Source of the DNA: an uncultured Actinomycetota bacterium
GTDB lineage: Bacteria > Actinomycetota > Actinomycetes > Frankiales > Frankiaceae
Direction: 5' to 3'
DNA length: 64,000 nucleotides
Assembly (NCBI GenBank): GCA_963711145.1
Contig: CAVQDA010000010.1
Span: 167,030 to 231,029, forward strand
In this document: positions 9,847-21,482 of the stretch, piece after piece
Position numbering within the stretch: position 1 is the first letter of the stretch
Layout: each line of letters opens with the position of its first letter
Made by a program: the position numbers and the translations under genes
Notes under the pieces: model-generated
What the model was told of the DNA's origin: nothing
Database searches by the model: none
Seen by the model: only the letters and a program-made list of their open reading frames with translations

Positions 9847-12048
9847 ATGCATGAGTTTCTCATCTACGCAATCAGTGGACTCACCACTGCAGGTATCTAC
9901 GCGATCACTGCGAGCGGCCTGACTCTTACCTACGTCACCACCGGCGTCTTCAACTTCGCGCACGGCGCGACAGGCGCGTTCGGGGCCTTCGCCTACTGGC
10001 AGATGCGCTTCCATTGGGGCTGGCCGGCGCCGGTCGCGATCCTGGTCACCCTGGGCGTCCTGGCCCCGGCCTTGGCTCTGTTCACCGAGCGCGTCGTCAT
10101 GCGGCGACTCGAAGGCACGTCCGACGCGACCAAGCTCGTCGTCACGGTTGCCGTGCTGGTGGCCACCGTGGGAATCGTCCAGACGATTTGGGACCCGACG
10201 ACCTTCCGCACGACGCACGAGCTGTTCGGCAACAAGTTCACCATCGCCAACATCGACATCCCCTACAACGACGTCACCGTGCTCGTGCTCGCCGCCCTCG
10301 TCGCCATCGGTCTGCGCGTCCTGCTGTACCGCACCCGCCTCGGTGTCGCGATGCGGGCCACGGTGGATGACCGCTCCCTGGCCGTGATGAACGGGGCGCG
10401 ACCCAACCGGGCGTCGCAGGCTTCCTGGATCATCGGGACCCAGCTCGCCGCCCTCGCCGGAATCCTGGTCGCCCCCAAGCTGAACCTCTCGGCGTTGCCG
10501 TTGACGCTGCTGATCGTCAACGCCTACGCCGCATCGATGATCGGGCGGCTGCGCAGCCTCCCCATGACGTTCGTCGGAGCGTTGATCCTGGGTCTCGCGA
10601 ACGACCTCGTGGTCGGCTACCTGCCGAAGATCAAGACCGGTCAGCAGTACGTGAGCGGCCTGGGAGCGATCACCCCGGTGGTCGTGCTGCTACTGGCCGT
10701 CCTGTTGTTGAAGCAGACCAAGCTGCGCGGCGCGTCCACCCATCGAACGCGCGAGATCAGTCCGACGCCCACATGGCGCGGCAGCCTGATCTTCGTCGGG
10801 ATCATTGTGGTGATGGCTCTTGCTGCCACCCCGATCATCTCTCCAGGTGACCTGTTCGCCTCGACGAAGATGTGGGGCATCGGGATCATCGCGCTGTCCC
10901 TGATACCGCTCGTCGGCTACGCCGGGCGAATATCCCTGTGTCAACTGTCGTTCGCCGGCATCGGGGCGGTGGTCGTTGCTCATGCCGGTGCGAATGGCGC
11001 GCCCGCCTCACTGTTACTGGCTGCCCTGGTGGCGGCCGTCGCGGGGGCGATCATCTCGTTGCCCGCACTGCGACTATCAGGGATCTACCTGGCGCTGCTG
11101 ACCGCGGCTTTCGCGGTGACCCTCGACAACTGGGTGTTCCAGTTGCCCGCGTTCAACTCGTTCGGTCATAAGAAGTTCGACCTGTTCGAGTCCGGGTCGC
11201 TGTCGTTCAACCCGTTCAGCATCGGCAGCCTCTCGGTGAAATCGGCGAAGTCGTACTTCGTCTTCGGGGCGATCATGTTCGCGATCATGGCGCTGGTGGT
11301 GGTCGCGATCCGGCGCAGCCAGTTCGGTCAGCGCCTGCTCGCCCTGAAGGAGAGTCCGGCGGCGTGCGAGACGCTGGGCATGAACCCGCGCATGACCACG
11401 CTGGCCGTCTTCACCTTGTCGGCGGCCATGGCCGGCTTCGGTGGCGGTATTTACGGCGCCGCCTTGCAGACGGCGACCCCGGATACGTTCCAGTTCTTCA
11501 ACGGGCTCGGCATCTTGCTGGTGGTCGTCATCGGTGGGGTGAGCTCCATCGGGAGCGCATTCTTCGCGGCGGTCTTCCTGGGCATGCCGATCACGACGAA
11601 CATCTTCAACGGCACCTGGTTTCACATCAGGCTCACGCAGGCCTCCTCGATCCTGACCGGATTCGGTGCCATCGGCCTCGGCAACAATCCGAACGGCTTC
11701 ATAGCTGCCGATCTGCGCCCAAGGTTCGCTCTTACGACGAAGCATCCGGCGCTTATCGGAGGAGGGGTCGGTCTCTGCGGGCTGCTCTATCTGCTGCGCA
11801 CGCAGAACGCGGTGGGCGGCTGGACGCTCGTCGTCGGCGGAATCGTCATCCTGCTCGCACTGCCCGGAATCGCGGAGGCGCTCGACGCACGCAGAGCGTC
11901 CAAGGATGCCGGTCCGAAGACCGTGTCGAGCGATGGCACTTCGGTGCCTCTGGAGTGGCTCGGCCTGGACTCCCCGGTCGGCGCCGAGGATGTCCTGGTG
12001 CTCGACCAGACGCTGCATCTCCCGGAGGTCACGAATGTCCCTGCTTGA
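9847..12048 (+). CDS. branched-chain-amino-acid-type ABC transporter permease, fused LivH-LivM with a C-terminal extension
   Basis: 733 aa and polytopic. The N-terminal half is LivH-like (GLTLTYVTTGVFNFAHG) and the second half is LivM-like. Confidence 0.85.
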   Translation: MHEFLIYAISGLTTAGIYAITASGLTLTYVTTGVFNFAHGATGAFGAFAYWQMRFHWGWPAPVAILVTLGVLAPALALFTERVVMRRLEGTSDATKLVVTVAVLVATVGIVQTIWDPTTFRTTHELFGNKFTIANIDIPYNDVTVLVLAALVAIGLRVLLYRTRLGVAMRATVDDRSLAVMNGARPNRASQASWIIGTQLAALAGILVAPKLNLSALPLTLLIVNAYAASMIGRLRSLPMTFVGALILGLANDLVVGYLPKIKTGQQYVSGLGAITPVVVLLLAVLLLKQTKLRGASTHRTREISPTPTWRGSLIFVGIIVVMALAATPIISPGDLFASTKMWGIGIIALSLIPLVGYAGRISLCQLSFAGIGAVVVAHAGANGAPASLLLAALVAAVAGAIISLPALRLSGIYLALLTAAFAVTLDNWVFQLPAFNSFGHKKFDLFESGSLSFNPFSIGSLSVKSAKSYFVFGAIMFAIMALVVVAIRRSQFGQRLLALKESPAACETLGMNPRMTTLAVFTLSAAMAGFGGGIYGAALQTATPDTFQFFNGLGILLVVVIGGVSSIGSAFFAAVFLGMPITTNIFNGTWFHIRLTQASSILTGFGAIGLGNNPNGFIAADLRPRFALTTKHPALIGGGVGLCGLLYLLRTQNAVGGWTLVVGGIVILLALPGIAEALDARRASKDAGPKTVSSDGTSVPLEWLGLDSPVGAEDVLVLDQTLHLPEVTNVPA

Positions 12049-12781
12049 GGTCCAGGACGTCACCGTTCGCTTCGGCGGCCACACCGCTCTCTCAGCGGTG
12101 AGCCTGGTCGCCGACGCCGGCCGGATCACGGGATTGATCGGCCCGAACGGTGCCGGCAAGACGACGATGTTCAACGTCATCACGGGCCAGCAGGAGCCCA
12201 CCCGGGGCAAGGTCGTCCTCGACGACAAGGACATCGGGGGCCTGCTTCCCTACAAGCGGGCCCGGTTGGGGATGGCGCGTACGTTCCAGCGGCTCGAGCT
12301 TTTCGGGCAGCTGACCGTGCGGGAGAACGTCCACGTGGCGGGCGGCTTGCGTAAGCAGTGGGGGCGGCGCGGAGTCACCCTGGACGGGCCGCCGCCGACG
12401 GCCGACGAGCTGCTCGCCCGAGTCGGCCTCAGCGACGTCGCCGATGTCCGAGCCGATTCGCTCCCCACCGGTCAGGGTCGCCTCGTGGAACTGGCCCGGG
12501 CGCTCGCGATCCGTCCCCGGCTCCTGCTGCTGGACGAGCCCGCGTCGGGCCAGGACGAGGAGGAGACCAAGACCTTCGCCGCCCTGCTGCGCTCGCTGGC
12601 CGCAGAGGGGATGGCGATCCTGCTCGTCGAGCACGACATGGAACTGGTCATGCAGGTCTGTTCCAACATCTTCGTGCTCGACTTCGGCCAGCTGATGGCC
12701 GAGGGCGACCCCGCGACCGTTCGCGCCGATCCCAAGGTTCAGGCCGCGTACCTGGGTACGGCCAAGGAGGCGGCGGCGTGA
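12035..12781 (+). CDS. ABC transporter ATP-binding protein (LivG-like)
   Basis: MSLLEVQDVTVRFGG, Walker A GPNGAGKTT and LLLDEPASG. ATG 12035 overlaps the permease end. Confidence 0.9.
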   Translation: MSLLEVQDVTVRFGGHTALSAVSLVADAGRITGLIGPNGAGKTTMFNVITGQQEPTRGKVVLDDKDIGGLLPYKRARLGMARTFQRLELFGQLTVRENVHVAGGLRKQWGRRGVTLDGPPPTADELLARVGLSDVADVRADSLPTGQGRLVELARALAIRPRLLLLDEPASGQDEEETKTFAALLRSLAAEGMAILLVEHDMELVMQVCSNIFVLDFGQLMAEGDPATVRADPKVQAAYLGTAKEAAA

Positions 12782-13638
12782 GCCCAGCTGCGGCAGGGGA
12801 TGCGTTTACCGCCCCGAATCAGCGGGCCACGGCGGAGAGAGGTTATGGCGACTTGGCAGTAATCACCCCGGAGCCGCTTCTCGAACTGCGCGGGGTCCGT
12901 GCCGGTTACGGCGCCATCGAGGTGCTTCACGGTGTCGACCTCACGGTTCCCGCCGGCGGCGTGGTGGCCGTTCTCGGGCCGAACGGAGCGGGCAAGTCGA
13001 CGATGCTGCGCGTCGTCGCGGGGCTGCACACCCCCACCGAGGGCGCTGTGCTGCTGGCCGGGCGCCGGGTCAACGGGGTAGACCCGGTGTCGCTGGCCCG
13101 CGCCGGACTGTGCACCATCCCCGAGGGTCGGGGCGTGTTCCCGAACCTGACGGTGAAGGAAAACCTTCAGATGGTGACCTACCGGGGGTTGAGCCGCAAG
13201 GAGGTCGAGGAGCGGGCGTTCTCCTACTTCCCGCGCCTTTCCGAGCGGCGCACCCAGATGGCCGGCACGATGTCCGGTGGCGAGCAGCAGATGCTGGCCG
13301 TCGCCCGGGCGATCGCCAGCGACCCCAGCATGCTGCTGCTGGACGAGCTGTCGATGGGCTTGGCCCCGCTGATCGTCGACCAGCTCTACGAGGCCGTTCG
13401 CACCATCTCCGCCGACGGGGTCACGATCCTCGTCGTGGAGCAGTTCGCGGCCGCGGTGCTCGACGTCGCCGACACCGCCGCCGTCATGGTGAACGGACGC
13501 GTCGTCCTCACCGGGACGCCGAAAGAGATCGAGGCCGACCTGTCCAACGTCTATCTCGGCGGGGAAGCTGGCCCGCAACTCTCCACGTCCGAAGATCCGC
13601 TTGCCGATGCCCACTCAACGCCAGAGGTGACTGAATGA
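12778..13638 (+). CDS. ABC transporter ATP-binding protein (LivF-like)
   Basis: Walker A GPNGAGKST, signature MSGGEQQML and LLLDELSMG. GTG 12778 overlaps the LivG stop (GTGA). Confidence 0.85.
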   Translation: MSPAAAGDAFTAPNQRATAERGYGDLAVITPEPLLELRGVRAGYGAIEVLHGVDLTVPAGGVVAVLGPNGAGKSTMLRVVAGLHTPTEGAVLLAGRRVNGVDPVSLARAGLCTIPEGRGVFPNLTVKENLQMVTYRGLSRKEVEERAFSYFPRLSERRTQMAGTMSGGEQQMLAVARAIASDPSMLLLDELSMGLAPLIVDQLYEAVRTISADGVTILVVEQFAAAVLDVADTAAVMVNGRVVLTGTPKEIEADLSNVYLGGEAGPQLSTSEDPLADAHSTPEVTE

Positions 13639-13982
13639 CCACGAAGACCGAAACCACCGCAGTCCCCGCCGGGAGCCGGACCGAGAGCTTCAAACAAGAG
13701 GTCAAGGTCCTGAAGATCAACGACCCCAACGCGGGCAACGACAAGTTGTTCATGCGGGGTGGCCTGGTCCTCATGGGCGTCGGAATCATCCTCAGCATCG
13801 TCGGCTACGCGGTCTCCCACGGCACCACGAGCCCGCTGACCCAGAATGACGCCCTCACCATCGCCATCATCGGCGTCGCCGTCACGGTGGCCGGCGCGGC
13901 GATCTTCCTGCGCTACTCGATGGCTCAGTTCCTGCGTTTCTGGCTTGCCCGGTTCATCTTCGAGGCGCGCAACCGCGACTGA
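13635..13982 (+). CDS. small membrane protein with two predicted TM helices, translationally coupled to the ABC ATPase
   Basis: ATGA overlap with the LivF-like stop. Hydrophobic stretches LVLMGVGIILSIVGYAV and ALTIAIIGVAVTVAGAAIFL. Confidence 0.6.
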   Translation: MTTKTETTAVPAGSRTESFKQEVKVLKINDPNAGNDKLFMRGGLVLMGVGIILSIVGYAVSHGTTSPLTQNDALTIAIIGVAVTVAGAAIFLRYSMAQFLRFWLARFIFEARNRD

Positions 13983-14024
13983 TCCAGGCTTCGGCAAGCG
14001 GGCCCGTAGCGATCGACCGAATGG

Positions 14025-14054
14025 GTCGTCCGGGGAATCCTCCGGACGGCCCTT
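14025..14054. terminator. bidirectional stem-loop between convergent genes
   Basis: GGGTCGTCCGG-ggaatcct-CCGGACGGCCC (11-bp stem with one mismatch) followed by TTTCG. Confidence 0.55.
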
Positions 14055-14062
14055 TCGTGCGC

Positions 14063-14998
14063 TCAGGGCAGCTGCGAGATGACCTCGGCGGCGAATTGCT
14101 CCATCGCGACCAGCAGATCGCGGCGGGTCTTGCTCGGAAAGCTGAGGGTGAGCTGCGAGACGCCCGCTGCCGCCAGCTGCCCTGCCTCGTCGAGGAGTTG
14201 CGCCGCCGAGACGGGGCCGCTGCTGCGGGTCATCAGCAGGCTGGGCGGGGTGAACGCGACGGTTGGCACGCCGACGCGTCCGGCATCGGCGAACATCTGG
14301 CGGAGCTCGGCAATCCGATCCGCCAGCACCTCCGTGCTGTCGATCGAGGCCGTCTTCAACCGGGAGGAGACGGCGCTCTCGGACATGCCGGTGGTCGGCA
14401 TCGGGATCCAGCCGTCGGCCAGTTCGGCCACGCGGCGCATGGCCCGCCGGCTGTTGCCACCGATCCACAGCGGCGGGCGCGGGGTTTGCGCGGGCCGGGG
14501 AAGCATGACGTTGCCTCCCGCGGTGAAGCCTGCACCCTCGTAGCGGATCTCCTCGCCGGCCCAGGCCGCCGTCATCGCGCGGATCGCCTCGTCGGTCAGC
14601 TCGTTGCGCCGCGCCGGGTCGACCCCGAGGGCACGGAACTCGCCCTCGAGGTATCCCGCGCCGATGCCGATGATCGTGCGGCCTCCCGACAGCGCGTCGA
14701 GCGAGGCGATCGACTTGGCCGCGAGGAACGGGTTGCGATACGCGAGCACGACAAGGTTGGTCTGCAGCCGGAGCCGCTCGGTGACGGCGGCCGCGAACGA
14801 GAGCGCGACGAACGGGTCCAACGCGTGGTGGCCGCCGGTCTCGAGCCAGCGCGCGTCGGGAAAGGGATGCTCGGTGACGTAGACGGCGTCGAACCCGCCG
14901 GCCTCGGCCGCCCGGGCCAGCTCGGTGATCGCGGCCGCGCTGACGAACTCGGAGCCGAGATCGACGCGGTGAGTGGGCAACCCGAGTGATATGCGCAT
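14063..14998 (-). CDS. LLM-class F420-dependent oxidoreductase
   Basis: MRISLGLPTH...GFDAVYVTEHPF. ATG 14998 chosen; the upstream 23 codons of the track ORF look non-coding. Confidence 0.8.
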   Translation of the reverse strand: MRISLGLPTHRVDLGSEFVSAAAITELARAAEAGGFDAVYVTEHPFPDARWLETGGHHALDPFVALSFAAAVTERLRLQTNLVVLAYRNPFLAAKSIASLDALSGGRTIIGIGAGYLEGEFRALGVDPARRNELTDEAIRAMTAAWAGEEIRYEGAGFTAGGNVMLPRPAQTPRPPLWIGGNSRRAMRRVAELADGWIPMPTTGMSESAVSSRLKTASIDSTEVLADRIAELRQMFADAGRVGVPTVAFTPPSLLMTRSSGPVSAAQLLDEAGQLAAAGVSQLTLSFPSKTRRDLLVAMEQFAAEVISQLP

Positions 14999-15016
14999 GT
15001 CTGGAGCGGGCCCTTT

Positions 15017-15031
15017 CTGACGGCGCGTCAG
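15017..15031. promoter_or_regulatory. CTGAC-N5-GTCAG palindrome in a divergent promoter region
   Basis: TTTCTGACggcgcGTCAGGGT. Flanks are also shared with the 9584 site (TTTCTGAC...GTCAGGG). Confidence 0.5.
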
Positions 15032-15108
15032 GGTAGCGGCCGAGCAGTCGCTACGTTGTTCCCACACGAAGTCATCACAGGGTCACGAGCGTCACGAGGA
15101 GGCTTCAC

Positions 15109-15950
15109 ATGGGGCTGCTGGACGGCCGAGTCGCATTTGTCACCGGTGCGGCGCGCGGGATGGGCCGCAACCACGCGGTTCGCTTCGCGAAGGAAGGAGC
15201 GAGCATCATCGCGGTCGACGCGTGTGCACCGATCGCGAGTGCCGACTACGAGCTTCCCGGTCCGGCTGACCTGGAAGAGACCGCCCGGCTCATCGAGGAG
15301 GCGGGCGGGCGGGCGTTCACCCGGATCGTCGACGTGCGTGATGCCGAAGGGCTCGCGGCCGCCGTCGCCGACGGCGCGAAAGAACTCGATGCCGACGGGG
15401 GTGCGGCGGACATCGTCGTCGCTAATGCCGGTATCAGCCGTAGCCAGGGTGGGCTGCTCGACACCGCCCCCGAGGTCTTCCGCGAGACGATCGACATCAA
15501 CCTCACCGGCGTCTTCCTGACCATGCAGGCCGGCGCGAAGGCGATGGTGGCGCGCGGTCGCGGCGGCTCGATCATCCTGATCAGCTCGATCATGGGGCTG
15601 CGCAGCTACGGCGGGGTCCCGGCGTACACCGCGGCCAAGCATGCGGTCGTCGGGCTGATGCGCACGGGCGCGCAGGAATTCGCCCACGCCGGGGTGCGGG
15701 TCAACGCGATCCACCCGGGCAACGTCAACACCGACATGATCAACAACCAGGCCATCCGCCACCTCTTCCGGCCGGATCTGGAGACGCCGACGGCCGACGA
15801 TGTCGCGTCCGGCTTTCAGGGCATGAACTTGATGGCTCACCCGTGGGTGGAGAAGGACGACATCACCGAGGCGGTGCTCTGGCTCGCGTCGGACCTGTCG
15901 AGGTACGTCACCGGGATCTCGTTGCCGGTCGACCTCGGAGCGCTGGCCAA

Positions 15951-15954
<4 letters not shown>
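15109..15954 (+). CDS. SDR oxidoreductase of the mycofactocin-coupled, carveol-dehydrogenase-like subfamily
   Basis: VAFVTGAARGMGRNHAVRFAKEGASIIAVD, YTAAKHAVVGL and C-terminal WLASDLSRYVTG resemble that subfamily (recognised from memory). Confidence 0.7.
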
Positions 15955-17992
<2,038 letters not shown>

Positions 17993-18015
17993 GTGGCGCG
18001 GTTAGAGTCGCCGCC

Positions 18016-20244
18016 ATGGCACTGGCGGTCACCGAAGAGCAGGTAGCACTCGCAGCATCCGTCTCCCGATGGGCGGAGCGGGCCACGCTGCGCCACCTGT
18101 CGCGCGAGCAGATCGACGTTCCGGCGGTCACCCGGACGACCTCGCGGCCGCCGTGGTGGCCGGGAGCTGTCGAGCTGGGGCTCACCGGTCTCGCGCTGCC
18201 CGAGGAGGTCGGCGGCTCGGGTGCCACCGTCGTCGAGCTTGCGGTAGCGGTCGAGGAGCTCGGCCGCCACATGGCGCATGGGCACTTTGTCGCCAGCGCC
18301 GTCGCCGGCCTCGCGCTCACCGTCGCGCGCCGCGCGGCTGCCGATGCAGCAGCTGCCACGAAGGCGATCGATGCGCTGCTGACCCTGCTGGCCGAGGGCG
18401 AGGCGACCGGTGCCGTCGCCCTCGAAGCCGACGTGACGGCGGTCGACGGCCCCGAGGGGCTGGAACTTTCGGGCGAGGCGGGGCTGGTCTCCGGTCTGCC
18501 CGGGGCCAACTGGCTGCTGGTGCCTGCCGCCCACGGCGGCAAGCAGATCTGGGCCATCGTCGACGTCGGCGGCGGGGTGGGAGTCGATCCGGTCGACGGG
18601 CTCGACGTGACCCGCCCGCTGGCTCGCGTCACTCTCGAGGCCGCCATCGTCCCGGCCGAGCACGTCCTGTCCGGCCTTGACGCGGGATTGGTGCGCGATC
18701 TCCACGTCACCGTGGCGGCGGCAGAAGCCGCCGGCATCGCGCGCTGGGCGCAGGAGACGGCGACGGCATACGCGAAGGTGCGCGAGCAGTTCGGCCGTCC
18801 GATCGGCAGCTTCCAGTCCATCAAGCACCTGTGCGCGGACATGCTCGCGCGCAGCGAGCTCGCGGCCGCTGCCGCGTGGGACGCCGCCATGGCCGCCACC
18901 GCCGTCGTCGAAGGTGAGGCGTCCGCGGACGACCGCCGGCAGTTCGAGCTGGCGGCCGCGACGGCCGGGGCGGTTGCGCTGCAGGACGCTGTCGTGAATG
19001 CCAAGGACTGCATCCAGATCCACGGCGGTATCGGGTTCACCTGGGAGCACGACGCGCACCTCTCGCTGCGCCGGGCGATGGCGATGCGCGCGCTGTGCGG
19101 CGGCACGGCCTTCTGGAACGCTCGGGTGACGGCCATCGGCCGGACCGGACTGCGCCGCCATCGCCCGATCGAGCTCGGCGCCGAGGCCGGCCCGCTGCGC
19201 CGCCAGGTTCGGGAGGTGCTGGCGTCGCTGTCGGACGAGCCGCAGGCCCGCCGGGTCGCGCTCGCGGATGCCGGGCTCATCGCGCCGCACTGGCCCAAGC
19301 CGTACGGACTGTCCGCGACCCCGGTCGAGCAGCTCGCGATCGCGGAGGAGCTCGCCGAAGCCGGCGTGCTGCCGCCCGACCTCGTCATCGGCAACTGGGC
19401 CGTCCCGACGATCATGGAGCATGGCAACGACGAGCAGCGCGAGCGCTTCGTGCGCCCGACGCTGATCGGCGAGATCGCCTGGTGCCAGCTGTTCTCCGAG
19501 CCGGGCGCCGGCTCCGACCTTGCGTCCCTTCGCACCAAGGCGACCAAGACCGACGGCGGCTGGTCGCTGTCGGGTCAGAAGGTCTGGACCTCGCTCGCCC
19601 GCCAGGCCGACTGGGGCATCTGCCTCGCCCGCAGCAACCCGGATGCCCCCCACCACAAGGGGATCACGTACTTCCTCGTCGACATGAAGTCCAAGGGGAT
19701 CGACGTCCGCCCACTGCGGGAGATCACCGGTGACGCCCTCTTCAACGAGGTGTTCATCGATGAGGTCTTCGTTCCCGACGACTGCGTGGTCGGACCCGTC
19801 GACGGCGGCTGGAGGCTCGCGCGAACGACCCTGGCCAACGAGCGCGTCGCGATGTCGTCGAACTCCGACATCGGCGGCGGGCTCGACGATCTGCTCGTCT
19901 CGTCGAAGCCTGAGCCGGTGCTGGACGATCGGATCGGCGCACTGGTCGGCGGGCTGCAGGCGGCTGCGGCGCTCGGCCTGCAGATCACCCTGCGCCAGCT
20001 CGGTGGCCTGGACCCGGGGCCGTCGTCCAGCGTCCGCAAGCTGGTCGGCATGTACCAGGTGCAGGACGCCCGCGAGCTCGCCCTGGAAGCGCTCGGATCC
20101 GCGGGGGCCGACATGTCCGACCCGGCCGCGAACGACGCCGCCCGCTTCGCGCTGTCGACCCGGGCGCTGACCATCGCCGGCGGTAGCAGCCAGGTGCTTC
20201 GCAACGTCATCGCCGAGCGGCTGCTCGGGCTGCCTCGCGACTGA
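18016..20244 (+). CDS. fused two-domain acyl-CoA dehydrogenase (742 aa)
   Basis: Two complete ACAD-like halves in one ORF. The second half has FSEPGAGSDL and the tail ERLLGLPRD. Confidence 0.8.
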   Translation: MALAVTEEQVALAASVSRWAERATLRHLSREQIDVPAVTRTTSRPPWWPGAVELGLTGLALPEEVGGSGATVVELAVAVEELGRHMAHGHFVASAVAGLALTVARRAAADAAAATKAIDALLTLLAEGEATGAVALEADVTAVDGPEGLELSGEAGLVSGLPGANWLLVPAAHGGKQIWAIVDVGGGVGVDPVDGLDVTRPLARVTLEAAIVPAEHVLSGLDAGLVRDLHVTVAAAEAAGIARWAQETATAYAKVREQFGRPIGSFQSIKHLCADMLARSELAAAAAWDAAMAATAVVEGEASADDRRQFELAAATAGAVALQDAVVNAKDCIQIHGGIGFTWEHDAHLSLRRAMAMRALCGGTAFWNARVTAIGRTGLRRHRPIELGAEAGPLRRQVREVLASLSDEPQARRVALADAGLIAPHWPKPYGLSATPVEQLAIAEELAEAGVLPPDLVIGNWAVPTIMEHGNDEQRERFVRPTLIGEIAWCQLFSEPGAGSDLASLRTKATKTDGGWSLSGQKVWTSLARQADWGICLARSNPDAPHHKGITYFLVDMKSKGIDVRPLREITGDALFNEVFIDEVFVPDDCVVGPVDGGWRLARTTLANERVAMSSNSDIGGGLDDLLVSSKPEPVLDDRIGALVGGLQAAAALGLQITLRQLGGLDPGPSSSVRKLVGMYQVQDARELALEALGSAGADMSDPAANDAARFALSTRALTIAGGSSQVLRNVIAERLLGLPRD

Positions 20245-20271
20245 ACGGGCGGCTGCGCTAGTTTCGCAAGC

Positions 20272-21462
20272 GTGTTCCTGGATTACACGCCCGAGCAGCG
20301 CGCCCTGCGGGCAGAGCTGCGTGCCTACTTCGCCGAGATGCTCACGGCGGAGGTCAGAGACAAGCTCGGCGTCGCCGGGGAAGGAACCGAGATCTGGCGC
20401 ACCCTGGTGCGCAAGATCGGTAAGGACGGCTGGCTCGGCCTCGGATGGCCTACCGAGTACGGGGGCCAGGGCCGCTCGGCGATGGACCAATACATCATGT
20501 TCGACGAGGTCCAGCGCTGCGGTGCGCCGTTCCCGTTCGTCACCGTGACCACCATGGGCCCGTCGCTGATGCGTTTCGGAACGCCCGAGCAGAAGGCCAA
20601 GTACCTGCCCGGGATGCTCAACGGTGAGCTGAACTTCGCCGTCGGCTACACCGAACCGGGATCGGGCACCGACCTCGCGTCGCTGCGCACTTCGGCGGTG
20701 CTCGATGGCGACGAGTGGGTCATCAACGGCAACAAGGTCTTCACCTCCGGTGCCAACCAGGCCGACTACATCTGGCTCGCCTGCCGTACCGACCCGGATC
20801 TGCCCAAGCACAAGGGGATTTCGATCATCCTGGTGCCGACCTCGTCGGCCGGTTTCCGCTGGACCCCGCTGCATACCGTCGGCGACGTGATGACGACCGC
20901 GACGTACTACCAGGACGTGCGCGTGCCCAAGGACAACCTGGTCGGCGAGCGCGGCGGCGGCTGGTCGATGATCACCACCCAGCTGAACCACGAGCGGGTC
21001 GGGCTGTCAGCTCTCGGCGGCCGCTGCTGGCAGCTCTGGGGCGAGGTGCGCAAGTGGGCGCTCGCCACCCCCCTCCCGGGGTCGGACCAGCCGGGCGCGG
21101 TCGTCGCCGACGTGCCCTGGGTGCGCGCCGACCTCGCGCGGGCCTACGCCAAGATGGACGTGATGAAGCTGATGAACTGGCGGATGACCGCCGACATCGC
21201 GGCCGACAACCTCAATCCGGCCGACTCGTCCGCGGTGAAGTTCTACGGCACCGAGACCCACGTCGAGGTGTACCGGCTGCTGCTCGGGATCCTCGGCGCC
21301 GGCGGCTGGCTGCGCCCGGGCTCGCCGGGGGCGGCGCTGTCGGGGGACGTGGAACGGGCCGCGCGGGCCGCGCAGATCAACACGTTCGGCGGCGGGGTCA
21401 ACGAAGTGCAGCGCGAGATCGTCGCCGCTGCTGGGCTGCGCATGGCGCGCCGCGCCCGATAA
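20272..21462 (+). CDS. acyl-CoA dehydrogenase
   Basis: GYTEPGSGTDLASL and FGGGVNEVQREI motifs; GTG start. Confidence 0.85.
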   Translation: MFLDYTPEQRALRAELRAYFAEMLTAEVRDKLGVAGEGTEIWRTLVRKIGKDGWLGLGWPTEYGGQGRSAMDQYIMFDEVQRCGAPFPFVTVTTMGPSLMRFGTPEQKAKYLPGMLNGELNFAVGYTEPGSGTDLASLRTSAVLDGDEWVINGNKVFTSGANQADYIWLACRTDPDLPKHKGISIILVPTSSAGFRWTPLHTVGDVMTTATYYQDVRVPKDNLVGERGGGWSMITTQLNHERVGLSALGGRCWQLWGEVRKWALATPLPGSDQPGAVVADVPWVRADLARAYAKMDVMKLMNWRMTADIAADNLNPADSSAVKFYGTETHVEVYRLLLGILGAGGWLRPGSPGAALSGDVERAARAAQINTFGGGVNEVQREIVAAAGLRMARRAR

Positions 21463-21482
21463 CGTCAAAGGGACTGCTACTC

